DNA of 63,973 nucleotides, the filler included, from Octopus bimaculoides (Eukaryota): NCBI RefSeq assembly GCF_001194135.2. It is 6 parts of 6 records of this genome, joined end to end, with 100 filler letters (N's around TTAATTAATTAA, not from the genome) between each part and the next. Parts side by side here need not be neighbours in the genome. Positions count along the whole stretch, not along the records: positions 21,280 to 52,146 come from NC_068982.1; positions 52,247 to 57,338 come from NC_069008.1; 4 more parts are not named here. The stretch is one strand, 5' to 3'. Positions 38,331 through 52,300 of the stretch are shown piece by piece. Under the pieces are notes generated by a model. That model had not been told where the DNA came from. It worked only from the letters and a program-made list of their open reading frames with translations, and searched no databases. The translations under genes were made by a program, and so were the position numbers. The number at the start of each line of letters is the position of its first letter. Position 1 is the stretch's first letter.

Positions 38331-38704
38331 AATAAAAATTCTATTGGCTTATATTTCTACAGCAAATCGGTTCAAGACACGATTTAATCAATACACGCAC
38401 ACTTTTCATAACTCAATCTGGAAAATGACACATCGCTATGCAAACAGATGTAGATGTTCAAATATAAATACCGCGTTTAGCACAAAATCGAAAATATTCT
38501 GACACGCATAACCATGCCACTGTAACAACGAATCCTCCCGACTTTGTACTAATGAATCCCACAATATTCTCACATTCAAGTACCAAATTCTGAAGCGAAA
38601 CTCTGAACTAGTGTCTTTGTGCAAGCTCAAAATGTTAAGAGCAGTAAAATATTTCAAAGCAATTGAAACACAGTCCCATAACCTGAAGCTAAAATACCTA
38701 AATA

Positions 38705-38948
38705 TACACACCTGTTAACAAAGTTCTACATATATGAATGAAATCTGAACAAAAAAATATACCCACAATTTAATCAATAAAAAATTGTCCACAACATCTC
38801 CATCGCAACCCATCTTACAACCTAATTACCATTCAACTGAACCCCAGAAAACCAGAAAAACTTGATCGCAGCAGAAATTATAGCCAAGATTATCTTAATG
38901 TATCACAGTCCGATGGTGGCTAAGCTGACCGAAATTTCTCAGTTACTC
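38705..38948 (+). mobile_element. Inverted copy of the Penelope-like pseudo-LTR, with a decayed hammerhead at 38906-38948
   Basis: cacctgttaacaaagttctaca..caacctaattaccatt aligns to the reverse complement of 37165-37310. It ends in cagt CCGATGG t ggc-taagctg-acc GAAAT-ttctca-GTT actc. Confidence 0.7.
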
Positions 38949-39009
38949 TCAATACTAGTCTTGTTAAAGAACTACACACACACACACGTACGCACGCATG
39001 CACATGTAC

Positions 39010-39054
<45 letters not shown>

Positions 39055-39561
39055 TACATACGTGCAAATAGAGACAAATGCACACTTGAATATTGTTGCG
39101 AATATAACGTAAAATCGAAAATAGTTCAAACTGACATAGTTCAAAATGAGTATGTTATTAAATCAACACTTCCTCTTTGCAAAGATATTACTCGTCATAA
39201 TCTCTATCATAAGTGATGCCTTTTCGCCATCAACGATCTCAACCGTCAAATTCCCTCGGAAAAAATTCAAGTGTGGTTTCGTTTGCTCACTTCGTTACAC
39301 CCATCTCTCCCCCAGCTTTGTGGTCAAATAGTTGTCCCTGAAGATCTCTTCTCTCGATTGAACAGATGGAAGTACGAGTGCAACAGATCAAGGCTGTACT
39401 ATCGTACAGTAGATTGGAGCATTAATGGCCTGCCTAATTTGCTCATTGCATAATTTTTTGCCAAAGATATGTGAGGTCGTGCATTGTAATGGTTAATGAT
39501 TGATGTGTCTCTTCCTCCTAACGGCCTCTCTAAGGGTCAGAGTGTCTTCACGGGAGCTGTC

Positions 39562-39562
<1 letters not shown>

Positions 39563-39633
<71 letters not shown>

Positions 39634-39650
39634 GTTGTTGTTGCTGTTGC

Positions 39651-39687
<37 letters not shown>

Positions 39688-39706
39688 GCTGTTGCTGTTG
39701 TTGTTG

Positions 39707-39788
<82 letters not shown>

Positions 39789-39789
39789 C
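39563..39789. repeat. Compound (TTA)n(TTG/CTG)n(TTA)n microsatellite
   Basis: Seen directly. It explains the poly-N, poly-I and poly-L ORFs. Confidence 0.97.
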
Positions 39790-40844
39790 CAGTAGTTTTA
39801 TTTTTATTACGTGCTTTGACTTCACTACCGAGCGCAGCTCTGTGTGCCTTGGGTGTGTGCTGTGGTTTNNNNNNNNNNATACACACACATACATTGTCCT
39901 GTTTTTGTTACAAGCTTTGACCCTCCGCAAATACCAAATTTTAATTTGGTTCTTGCGGGTGCCACTGCCTTCGAAGACTCATTTTGTCGTTCAATGCTCG
40001 AAATGTGGAGTAGATGGACAGCCAACAACTGATGAAGGGTTGTTATTTGTGTTACTTGTCCTGTTTTTCATTTGTTTGGCACGTTGTTTGCGTATCAACT
40101 CATTTGTTTTCGTATTTCATGTTATTTACGGTTTGTGACGTCCTGTACCCGTATATGCATATACGTATGTATATATGTATGTATGTATGTATGTTTGTAT
40201 GTATGTATGTATATATGTATATGTATGTGTATGCATTTATATTATTTATATATTATATATATATATATATATACGTACATATATGTGTGTATGTATACAC
40301 ACACATACATAATACATACATACATATATACATATTTATATGTATGTGTTCGTATGTAATTTTTCAAAAAAAAAAAAAAACTGCTTGTGTAGCATAGATT
40401 AAAAAATGTTGATTTTTCCTGTTAACTTTTGTATATATTTTCATGTATACCCTATGAAGCAGATTATTCAAAGTAATAACTTTGACATGAGAAGTAATGT
40501 TAGTTTACAATTTAATTTAATTTTAACGCAGTCATGATGGACAAAATAAAACACAATTATATATGAAATATTCTGTGACTCCAGTACATTCACCCACCCT
40601 CAAGCATACACTAACACTAAAAAATTAAAATTGAAATGCGTTTCGTTGCAACATAAAATCTAGTAAACAATTTTTACGAAGATCATCTTTGTTTAAAAGA
40701 AGAAATGATAAACCTAAATATTTATCTGAACTAAATAATTCTGAAACCCCCCCGCAAAAATATATTTAGAAATGTCTTATGCAGAATGCAATACATACAT
40801 AGATATATACATACATACATAACATATACGCACACACAAACACA

Positions 40845-40929
<85 letters not shown>

Positions 40930-41049
40930 GCGCGCACATAAACTGAACCACGAAAGAAACGTTGCACACATACTAAATAGAAACCGTTTTATTAACAGAC
41001 TGCCATAGCATTGATTGAAGAGTGCTAATTAAAAAACCGTTCTTTCCTA

Positions 41050-42180
41050 ATGATAAAAGGTCTTTTCCTGAACCATATTTGACGTCACGTAGTGTCACGT
41101 GATGATGGAGTGTTCAGGATGCAAAGAGATGAACACAATATCTCGTGTGACCACCGTTAGCATTGATTACCACCAAGCATCTTCTGTACACTGAATGCAC
41201 CAAATGGTTGATGAAGGCCATGGAGATAGCAGCCTACACTCCGTTAAAACTTGCAGTGAGTTGTGTGGCAGTTGTCGTCCTTGGGCGAATGTCATTTAGC
41301 CTCCTTTTGTTTTCGTCCCACAGGTGCTCTATGGGATTGAAGTCCGGACTTCGGGAAGACATGGCAGTGTCCGGATGTTGTGCTATTGGAGGAAGTCTGG
41401 CAGTACGGGCACGGGCGTTGTCGTGTTGGAACAGATGATTCCGACGACGGACAACGTATGATACAATGTGAGGGCTCAACACTCGGTAGATATAGTGAGC
41501 AGCAGTTACACCTTTGCCCCGTCCTTGACCGATGTTTTGGAGGACCACTAATCTAAGTTTCTGTTTGTACGCAATCCCACCCCATACCATGATGCTTTGT
41601 CCTCCCCATGAGTCTCTCTCCACAACACAGCCATCGGCATGACGTCTACGCCTTCCTCTCCAAACCCTAGTTCTGCCATTTACCACAGAAATGCAATATC
41701 AACTTTCATCAGAGAAAACTACAATCCTCACTGCTAATATCGCCAGTTCTGACGTTTTTGAAGCCACTGCAGACATGCCCGTCGATGACAATCTGTGAAG
41801 ATGGGACCTCTAACCGGACGTCGACAAGACAAATTGAAAGATCTCAGCCGGCGGTGAACTGTCTCTGCACAAATGGGTCTATGGTGAGTCCTTATGATTT
41901 GCCTAGCTGATTCCGTTGCCCTTCGGAATCGATCCTGCTGTTGGTACAGGTGGCGATCTTGACGTGCCGTTGTAACCTTCGGTCAGCCACTGCGTGGACG
42001 ATCATCCATGTTGATTGTGTCATTGTATCGTTCCTTCAACTGTTCAACTGTCCGAACACTGAAGTTCAAATCATTAGCATTGACCCATGGACGTTAACTA
42101 GCATGGAGATGTCCGATGGCTTGCTCCCTCTAATTTCGTGTCAGTCTTGGCATGCTTGCTGCGTTCGGGAAATGAATTTA
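41050..42180 (-). mobile_element. Tc1-type transposon, decayed
   Basis: GGQSIMVWGGI..FQHDNARA..SRSPDFNPIEHLWDE. The upstream FSDES-like motif (tctctgatgaaagt) is near 41700. Confidence 0.85.
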
Positions 42181-42419
42181 TTTTAAACTAGCCATAAAGG
42201 CCAAACATAGAGAAGAGGGCACAAAGACAGACAAGACACGTATGTGGGGGGAAAACAAATGAATGAGAAATCGAAAGGGAAGAATGCAGAATAGATTGAC
42301 AGCCGCTCGAATGCTACACTTCAAGCGACCTCATTGAACTTTTACAATTAGTTCCAATATTTCAATTTTGTCCTTGTTTTTTAAAAAGAAATTTAAGGTG
42401 GTGAAGGTTAGTAATCCCT

Positions 42420-43600
42420 AGCAACGGCATTACTAACATCACCTTACTAACGTCGCTGTTATGGTTTTTTTTCTTTTCTTTCTGTTCTTCATTGATATGG
42501 TTGTCCATTCCTTTTCTGCGTGCTTACTAGGTTCTTCACTGAATTCTGTCACTAGCTTTGATGCCATGACAAGTGGCTGCCCGATTTCTTCCCTTATGGC
42601 CTCTGTAACATTCACAGGAGTGGGAAGCATTCAGCTCTTATGTGGCCCTTCTGGTCACACTTAAAGCAACGAGGCCTCCTACCCTCCACGACAATCCTCA
42701 ACCTCCTTTCACCCACCCGAATACCGTCAGCAGTATTTTCCAAATCCACTGGGGTAGCCTGGACAATCACCATCAGTCCCTGATCCAGCCAATTCCACGC
42801 TGGTATCCTTGTTGCTTTGAGGATTGACATTCTTTCCTCCAAGCGAAGAGTTATTGCAGCCACCAGCCAAATCACATTTACCTTCGGCGGGATTTCCTCC
42901 ACTCTTACCTTGGCGACACGCCTTCCAAGGTAAGTTGGTAACAGTAACATTTCTTGTTTCCAGGGCTGTCACAGAGTGCTCCCTGGCACTTTCCTCTGAA
43001 TGGAATCTCACTTCAACCGACGCATAGTTGATGCCCCTGGCCAGGTACTTAATATCCGACCAGATGGGCCCCAAGCATCTTTCAATTTGTTCTTTCAATG
43101 CTACTTCAACTCTTTTTTCTTTTAAAATATACCATTTGTATATTACTGTTTTCTCCTGTACATATTTTGATATTTCATAAGGAGGGGATCAGTTCCACTA
43201 TATACCCCTCCTTTTGCATCATATTTTTGTATTTTCTAACGTCTTGCATTTCTGACGTTATGTCCTTCGTATTGCCGGTTGCTGCGGCAAAACCTTTTAT
43301 ACTTTTCTCTATGTTCTCTTTCATCTTTCTTGTCATCTCCTCCTCCAGTTTTTGTAGCGACTCCACCATTTCCCTTTCTGATGTACGTTTGTCTGAAAAA
43401 CTTAATCGTTCACAAAGTCCATACTCTACAACAAGCCCTGCTCCCTCAAAACAAGTGGGAAACGAACACCGGACCGCCGTAAATCAGTAAACAAAGGTGT
43501 ATTAGAAAAAACAAAAACAACTTTTAATAATCTAACAACTGTGATTCAACAAGCAGTACTAGCCTTAATTAACAACACCAACCTCGAGAAAGTGAGGTGG
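42420..43600 (-). mobile_element. Retroelement ORF1/gag-like region (coiled coil, RRM-like part, CCHC knuckle), frameshifted
   Basis: RPRCFKCDQKGHIRAEC is a CX2CX4HX4C knuckle. Upstream are VEVRFHSEESAREH and an EK-rich coiled-coil segment. Confidence 0.7.
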
Positions 43601-43883
43601 GCAGATGAGAGGCTGGTAAATTTGGGTGCCTTTTATACCCATTGAGTCAACTTTTTTGCAGAGGCATCATGAGTATTTCCATGATCACGAAAAGACAGCG
43701 AGTTCGAACTCTATATGCAATCCTTGTGTTTTCAAAAGAGAGTGGAGTTGTGGGTCAGTAACAACTTCCTGATGTCAAGTTACATAGAAAGGTGATAAAA
43801 TCCATATAATCTCAATATCCTGTGTGAAACAAAAATCTTTTACAGTGTGACGTTTCGTTTGTAGTTCAGTATATATATATAGA

Positions 43884-44402
43884 ATGGCTCCAAAAGATAT
43901 AGAAGTCCTCGCTTCAGATCGAGTTGGATGGCGAACAAGGGTGTGGAGTGGAGTGAAAGCATTTGAAGAGGCCAGGATGATGCAAGCAGGGCTCAAGAGA
44001 CATTTAAGGAAAAATGTAAAGACTGAGAAGGTGAATGACAAGGACCTTTTTGTGTGCACAGTCTGTGACAGACCATGTCTGTCCTTGGCTGGCCTCAAAT
44101 TTCACCTGCGAACCCATGGAAAACAAACCTCATCCAGCTATTCTGATTATATGTCTGTGCACATGTTTGAATGTGGTGTGTGCCAGAGGGTTTGCAAATC
44201 CAATGGGGGTCTTAAAAGACATGTTAGGATCCACAATGAGCAGAACTTACTTGCAGGTATTGGTAGTGCAAATCAGAGGTGCAATGTGTGTGGGTGCTTT
44301 TTCAAAACACTGTCTGGTTTAAAAAGCCACATCAGACGCCATGAAAGGGCTAAGGTGTAGGTGCAGGAGGTGGTCAAACTCTGTTTAAGGAGTAGACAAC
44401 CA

Positions 44403-44410
<8 letters not shown>
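43884..44410 (+). mobile_element. RTE LINE 3' end with three C2H2 zinc fingers
   Basis: EVLASDRVGWRTRVWSGVKAFEE is an RTE C-terminal motif. It is followed by CTVC..HLRTH, CGVC..HVRIH and CNVC..HIRRH, then a short 3' UTR ending in (TA)n. Confidence 0.82.
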
Positions 44411-44443
<33 letters not shown>

Positions 44444-45566
44444 TGTTTGTATGTGTGTGTATGCATGCATGTATGTATGTATGTATGTATGTATGTATGT
44501 GTGTATGTATGTGTGTATGTATGTATGTGTGTATGTATGTATGTGTGCTTATGTGTACATACATGCATACATATACAAATACATACATATACACACATAT
44601 TGTTTTGAAAAAGAATGGAAATTGATTTTCAAATGATTTTTACCTCCAAAAAGGTTTAAAAGACAAGTCTGTAAATTGTATCAGCTTAACAACCAAATAT
44701 CGACATATCCTATAGAATATGTTTCTTTCTTTTCATAACTGAAGCATTTTAAAAAGTTGCTTTATCGAAAGATATATCGAAGGATTGCTTTCTATTAGAT
44801 TATCCTTGAGATCTTTAATTTGGGAAATATTCAAGAACATTGATGGCATTGTTGATTATCTTAGAAAAATTCTTCATTTTGGAGCAAATCTAAAACCTAG
44901 TTTCAAACTATGTAGAAATGCGTTCTTACAAAATTTAAATAATTGTGAATTGGCAGCATATTAGCAAAGTTATAAAAACAAATAATTGAAATATTTTGAT
45001 AAAACTAATCGATTTTGCCGCCCCTCCTACAATATGAATATGTGAAAGCTTCATATATTCATATTAGAAAATGTAAGATATCCAGAGCTGGAGCGCTTTT
45101 GATCAGTCCCTATTGATATAGGGCTAAATTACAATTTGCTGACAAGTGAGGTCAACTCTATGAACAACCACAAGACTATAATTAATAATAACTTAATTTG
45201 TTATGCTAATTTAAAGACCACAAGAGAGCAATTATAATTGCAGCTTTCAACGGTTTCACAACTCAATGAACCATTTCATAGAAAACAGTTCAAACTAATT
45301 ATGTTGAAACATTTATTTCTTTTTTCTACGTACTAGGAGAATAATAGAAAGGAATGGCACTGTGAAAGGAATTTAAGCCAATATAGTTTAATCTATGCTG
45401 GCCGAGTGAAAAATAAATTTGACGCTCATAGGATTTTTAAAATAATGTTCACAAAATGGAATGAATTATTTATAGAGAGGTAAATTCGACAACAGAGGGA
45501 GAGAGAGAAAGAAAGAGAGGAGAAAGAGAGAAGGGGAGTAGGAAAAGAAAGAAAGAGAGAGAGAGA

Positions 45567-45641
<75 letters not shown>

Positions 45642-45889
45642 GTGAGAGATGTGAAAGAGAAAAAAAAGAGATACAGAGAGTGATACACGAATCTGAAATA
45701 TCGGCTGATAGTGGTGAATAGATATGAAATAGTGAGAAATTGAGAAAACACACGGTGTTACGAGAAAGAGCGTAGAAAAGGAGTTAAAAGGAAACTAATG
45801 TTAGATACATGGTAAGATCGCTAAAATAGGCTATTCGGGCAAAGTAGCTACCCACTAGAATGCTCATTAATGATAAAAAAATTGTATAT

Positions 45890-46050
45890 TATGTATGTAT
45901 GTATGTATGTATGTATGTATGTATGTATGTATGTATGTACGTACGTACGTATGTATGTATGTATGTATGTATGTACGTATGTATGTACGTACGTATGTAT
46001 GTATGTATGTATGTATGTATGTATGTATGTATGTATGTATGTATGTATGT
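45890..46050. repeat. (TATG)n/(TACG)n tetranucleotide microsatellite
   Basis: Seen directly. Confidence 0.95.
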
Positions 46051-47091
46051 GTGTGTATTTGGACGCAACAGAGTGCATCTTAATTCATCTTAATCCAGTG
46101 TAACTCACAAAAGCTTTCAATGGAAATGAAGAAACAATTGTAAATATTTCGGGGCTGCAATAAACGCTCAAAGTTGAGAAAGAACACAGAGAAAAATTGA
46201 ACATACTATTGTAAACAAAAACAAACAAAAACAAAAAAAACAAAAAAAAAAAACAACGATACTGCCTCAGAAATCTCTCCAGTTACAATATATAGTTTTA
46301 GTATACTTCTACCTCGACAGGTTGTATGTTAACAACTTTGATATATAGTCAAAGAACTAAGCAAGTGGTGACGTAATGTAGGATTTAAAATACCGAAAAT
46401 AATGATACTGCAACCACACATGGTTGTATACACGTTTGTGAATATGTATATTCGCATGTGTGTGTTTGTATACGTCTCTGAATGTGTATCAATATATGTG
46501 ATTCGAATAAATATACTGATTGATTATACTGAATATTTTTACTAAGTAAAAGGCTAATTCTTGTTATTGAAAGCTACATAATCCATTTGATCTCTCAGCA
46601 TATTACTTGTACCACTGATAGAAATTAAAATCAAATATAAAAGAAAATTCTATTCAGAACGCAAATAAATAAAACTAAATGCAGTGACCAATTATTTCTA
46701 CATGTTTCGCCATCTTCCAGACATATGTTCATATATCATGAACTTCGAATAAAGAAATAATCGTGTAAATGATTGAATTACCTGTTCTCTCATCTTTATG
46801 TATTTTCTCTTTGACATTTACTATTTAAATTTAGTCGTCGATATTCTTACACGGAAGAATGTTTTCCACTGTTCAAAACCCATGATATTGGAATAACAAA
46901 AAGTAAATTCTTTTTGGATAAGAACTCATTGCAAGTTTGTAATTGTTTTTTTTTGTTTCATTGCTTCATTTACTTTGTCTTTTCGTTTTTGCTGGATGGG
47001 AGATTGTTGCTCTTCCATATTAATGATTTTGTATTTCCATATTACACATAACACTTACGCACGCATATACACACATACACACACATACACA

Positions 47092-47162
<71 letters not shown>

Positions 47163-48337
47163 TTCCCTGAAGAACAACGAAAATATATCAACGCTCATTG
47201 TTGCCTTATGAATTCTCATAATTGGCAGCATATACTGATTCTGCACTTTAAACAAAATTAATAATAAAATGACAGCAGTTGGCAGCTTAGAAAAGAATAA
47301 AGTCTCTCTTTCAATTTATGAACAGGAAGTTTTAACGTTCTTTGACGCCGCCGACTTATTTCAGGAAGTTTGTTTTTATTTGATTTCGGTTTGAATTTGT
47401 TTTATTTGATGTTGATGCTTATGTTGTTGATGTATATATTGTAGTTATTATTGTAGTTTCTTATGTCTTGTACGTTCATTCATACAGATTTCTTTCTGAA
47501 CATGTTTATCTTTTACTCAAACACACGTATCGTCAGTGGCTATATTATACAGTGTATTCTTACAAGTCTGAAGATAAGTAAGAAGTGGTGAGAGTAGATT
47601 TGGCTGCAATTTCTGACAAGTAGATGACTAGGCATAAATTCCCTTGTTGGCTGATAATTCTATTTAAGAGCGAAAAAGCAGTGCTATATTTACGAACATA
47701 GCACAATTATCAATGTCAAGATAGTCGTTAGACTCTCGATGGTCGCCTGGTACTCTATGGATGAGAATGATTATAAGTCAACCTCATGTGGTTAATGAAA
47801 GATATAATAGAGGTACACTGGAAATAGCAGACGACCAGCTGAACAACCAGTAGTGAATTTTCCTCTACGTTGTCTCTCTGACCAACATAACTGAACACAA
47901 ATAAATTTACTAAATAAAATTTTATATAAATTGCTACTTGTGGCAAAAGAGCAACATTATCAATTTTATAAGTTATTTATTAGCTTTGAGTCTTGAGATC
48001 GATTCCAATAAAAGATTGATTTGAGATGGAATGATTCCATCGAATTATCTTCAGCATGTGTTATGTAAAAGCATTCTGAAAGCAACTTATTATATTCATT
48101 ACCTGAATCACTACCCCATCAGCGATGACGCAGGATTATACACGGGACAACCATCACCATCATATGAAAAGCCTACGGGGGAGCCTCTGTAGGGTTGCTT
48201 GATTTGCTAGGAATAATTCATCTAAATTTTCTTCAAAGCCACCACTTACACCAACAACAACCCTGAGGTATTAATTATTGGTTCTCATATAAGTACATGG
48301 TTACAAATTTAACTACTATATTATTTTCCTTTCTGCC

Positions 48338-48540
48338 ATCGGCACAAGGCCTGGGATTTTGGGGAAAGGGGTTCGTCAATTACATCACCTCAGCGTTCAA
48401 TTGAAATTTATCTTATCAACCCCGGAAGGATGAGGTTAAATTCAACTTGTGCGGCATGTGAACTCAGAACATAAAACCGCAAAAAATAGCGCTAAGCATT
48501 TTGTCCGGAGTGCTAACGATTCTGCCACCTCGCCACCTTA
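48338..48540 (+). mobile_element. SINE-like repeat (family B)
   Basis: ggcacaaggcc..gaactcagaac..gctaagcatttt..gctaacgattctgcca. Confidence 0.8.
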
Positions 48541-49447
48541 CCTGGTACTTTATTTCATTCACCCAAGACAGTTCTTTGCAACGCAATTTGGACTCAGAGA
48601 ATAAAAACCCGGAATAAATTACCATCAAATATTTATCTGACTCTCTAACAATGCTACCATTCCCCCGCATTTTGTCAAGTTGCATTAGTTTTAAAAATGA
48701 TAAAAATAAATTAGTGTTTTTAATGCCACTTTTTACCTAAGAGCGTTAATTTCAATCATAATAAACACTACTCAGTATGATAAAAACCAGGAAATGTGTA
48801 ATTTGGTTATTCCTCATCTTGAAGTCAAGAAATAAACAAATTATACTCTTTAAGACATTTAAGATTATCCAACTGTTATTATCATACGGAAGTCTCCAAA
48901 TATTATTATTTTCCCCAAACAACTTAAGTATTTTTTTCATTGAATTCAACATATGTCACGCAGTTTTTGACTTCGCTTGAAGTAAAATAAATTTAAATTG
49001 GTTGTAAAGAAAAAATAAAATCTAAAATGAGATCTATAGCTAGACATCCGAGAGAAAAATTTATGTTATTTTGATATTCTTACTTGAAGACAATAGAGTG
49101 GTACAATCAGTTGTAACTTTCACCTTCTAAGTTCAACTTCTGTCAGAACCATCTTTCAGGATACATGAAATAAGTACCAACCAAATGTCAGGGTCGATAA
49201 AATCTGCAACAACCTCGCCTAAATTTGTGAAATTGCACAAAAATTAGAAAGCCTTATTTAGGATGTTGGAGTAGCAAAAATAGTAGAGCATCATACAAAA
49301 TCCCTTGCAGTTGTTTCAGTTGTTGTTGACGTTTAGCCTTAAATCTTCTCGGATTAAGCAGACATATTATCGTTGACATTCTAGTCGTAAGCAACCAGTC
49401 TTCTTACCGTTCATGGGATCAGAGATACGCTATCAAATACAAAATGG

Positions 49448-49530
<83 letters not shown>

Positions 49531-50387
49531 ACACACACACAGATACACATATATACGTATGATTTTAGTGAGATTTTAGCCGCCATTTCTAGTAGGTCAA
49601 GCGATTATACAGACAATTCTTTGGAAGTATTTAATTAAGCATCTCTATGTTCGCAATAAGTTTGCATGTTATCTTCCTAGCCACTACAATATGTAGCGGT
49701 AAATTTCTAAGATTAACTTTACTTGTTACCTGATAAATTTGTGACTGTGTTCCAAAGTAAAAATATCTTCTCATGCCTACTCCATCTTTATCTCTTCATT
49801 TTGACCGTTGTCTCATAACCGATTATACTAAAATTTGGGTGAATTATAACTTATAAAGGAATTACCAGTTACAAAAATTTCACACTTGATGACAAGGGCC
49901 AACGAAACACAATTAGAAGCACTTCCCCTATTTCAATCGAAATATCTATTAGATGAAAACCAAATAGAATATTCGTAATGTTCTAGTTGACCTTAGCATT
50001 TATATTTCAAGTTTTTATCGAAGTCGTTTTTGTATAATTTTTAAAGATTATTTTTCCAGGCTGCCCTCAATAAATTGCTGAGAACAAAGAACAAATCTCT
50101 AGAGATTGCTATGATAAAATAGTTCGGTGCATGAGCTGTAGTAAATGGAGACAGTGAGAAAAACGTATTCTGCATTGAGGACGGAATGACCTTGGGCATT
50201 CCTTGCAATTCTATTAATCGGCGTTAGATGTTGATAAAGTCAGAACGTGTCGAAATCGTTGTGTTGTTCAGTAGATAGTCGGTGAAGTGTGTGTCGATCA
50301 GTACAAGTTGCTTGCAATATACATATGCATGCATGTATGTATGTATGTATGTATGTATGTATATGCACATATATACGTATACATACG

Positions 50388-50474
<87 letters not shown>

Positions 50475-51642
50475 TTATGCTTATTATACTCTTTAATAAG
50501 ACTAAAATGAAGTGGATGTATTCGAGGGTAGCACTGAGCACATATTTCATGAAACACTTAAGAATTCCGGTTGTTTTAGTGTGATTATTTACGTGTATGT
50601 TCGTGTGTGTGTGTGGATGGGTGTAAGCGTGCTTATATACATGTCAGTTTATCCATACAAATATACATAGTCGCACACATACACATACACACGCGTATAA
50701 TGGTTCAATGAACTAAAACCTTCATATCTCGTATATCTTCCATGTATTGAATATTATGATGAAAAAAATCGAGAGAATTTGACTGCCGATCTTTAAAAAC
50801 AACATTACTGATTTTTGCCTTAAGTGTGAAATATATACGTGACTAGATAAAAAGGACAGAGATGGACATCTTCAATTAAAAGATAAAAATACCTATGTAA
50901 ATAATGCAATGACAGCTGAAAGGATTCGATTTCATGAACTATTCGATATGAAGTAGATTGTGCGAGAGAAAACTCGTCTAAAGAAAAAGAAAACGCTATA
51001 ATACTATGTCCAGATTATTTTTATCTTTGAGTTTGAGGATATTGTTTAGCTGTTAATAGTTACTTAAAATGGTGTGGAAACAAATCTATTTTAAGAATTC
51101 TTCTCTGATCACAATAAAGAAAACACTAGTGATATTTACACGAATTCGAGTAGAAAAAAAAAGTTGAGGAGAACATGGGGAGCTAAGAAGTAGTGAAGAA
51201 TTTGTAGTGAAGTTACAGCTTAGAAGTATATTTTATGTAAGAAGAGATGGAAAACAGTTTTAAAACTAATACATGCGGTTCAGTTCATTCTGTTACTATT
51301 CATAAGTACACACCCACATACACACACCCATACAAATACATACACACATATTTATAAATGCATGTGTATACAAATATATCTTTTATCATATATATTCATA
51401 CAAAATATCCATTTTGCTATATATGTATATGTATATATANNNNNNNNNNNNNNNNNNNNNNNNNNNNNNNNNNNNNNNNNNNNNNNNNNNNNNNNNNNNN
51501 NNNNNNNNNNNNNNNNNNNNNNNNNNNNNNNNNNNNNNNCGTCTGTTGTTGTTTTTTTTCGTACATTCTCCCATATATATATATATGTAGGTATTTTAGA
51601 GTAGTATAATTTTCATGAAGCTTTGTCTCGTATAAAAATATT

Positions 51643-51947
51643 TTTGACTATGTTTGTTTTAAAGCCAAAACAATGCAAGTTATAAAAATAATATTGACTG
51701 ATACGTTAACCTGATATTTCAGTATTTTGGGGTTAGGACCCCTCCCTCAGGAGGTCTTTTAAGAAAAATAGTTATACGCTGCCTTCTTTGTCCTGTAATG
51801 TGTGAAGTCAGTGAATAACAACTTTTCTCCTAAATTTTCCTGAGGAAGAGGTCCTAAACCCAAAGTACTGGAAAATCACGTAAAACTATTAACCTGTGTT
51901 ATTTTTATAACTCACGTTGTTTTGGCTTGAAAGAAATATAGTCGAAA
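51643..51947. repeat. Diverged fold-back element (arms 51643-51752 and 51838-51947) with decayed hammerhead motifs at the inner ends
   Basis: aagccaaaacaatgcaagttataaaaataa pairs with ttatttttataactcacgttgttttggctt, and ttaggacccctccctcagga pairs with tcctgaggaagaggtcctaa. Confidence 0.82.
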
Positions 51948-52105
51948 GCACACACACATATATACACATACACACACACACACTCTCACTCCCTCTTCCT
52001 CTCTCTCTCACACTCACACACATATTTATATATAAACATATATTTATACACTCACGCTCGTACACACATATATATATAACGTAAATACATAGGTATGTAT
52101 AATAG

Positions 52106-52146
<41 letters not shown>

Positions 52147-52300
52147 NNNNNNNNNNNNNNNNNNNNNNNNNNNNNNNNNNNNNNNNNNNNTTAATTAATT
52201 AANNNNNNNNNNNNNNNNNNNNNNNNNNNNNNNNNNNNNNNNNNNNGGTGGTGTAAATAACAAAAGGATATATTAGTATGACGCTCGGGAATACGGAAAG

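Noticed and set aside
45031-45065. 16-bp AT-rich hairpin
   Set aside because: Low-complexity arms, expected by chance in AT-rich DNA.
47480-47540. CTGACGA...GAAAG on the minus strand as a hammerhead
   Set aside because: No stem I pairing, and position 17 would be G.
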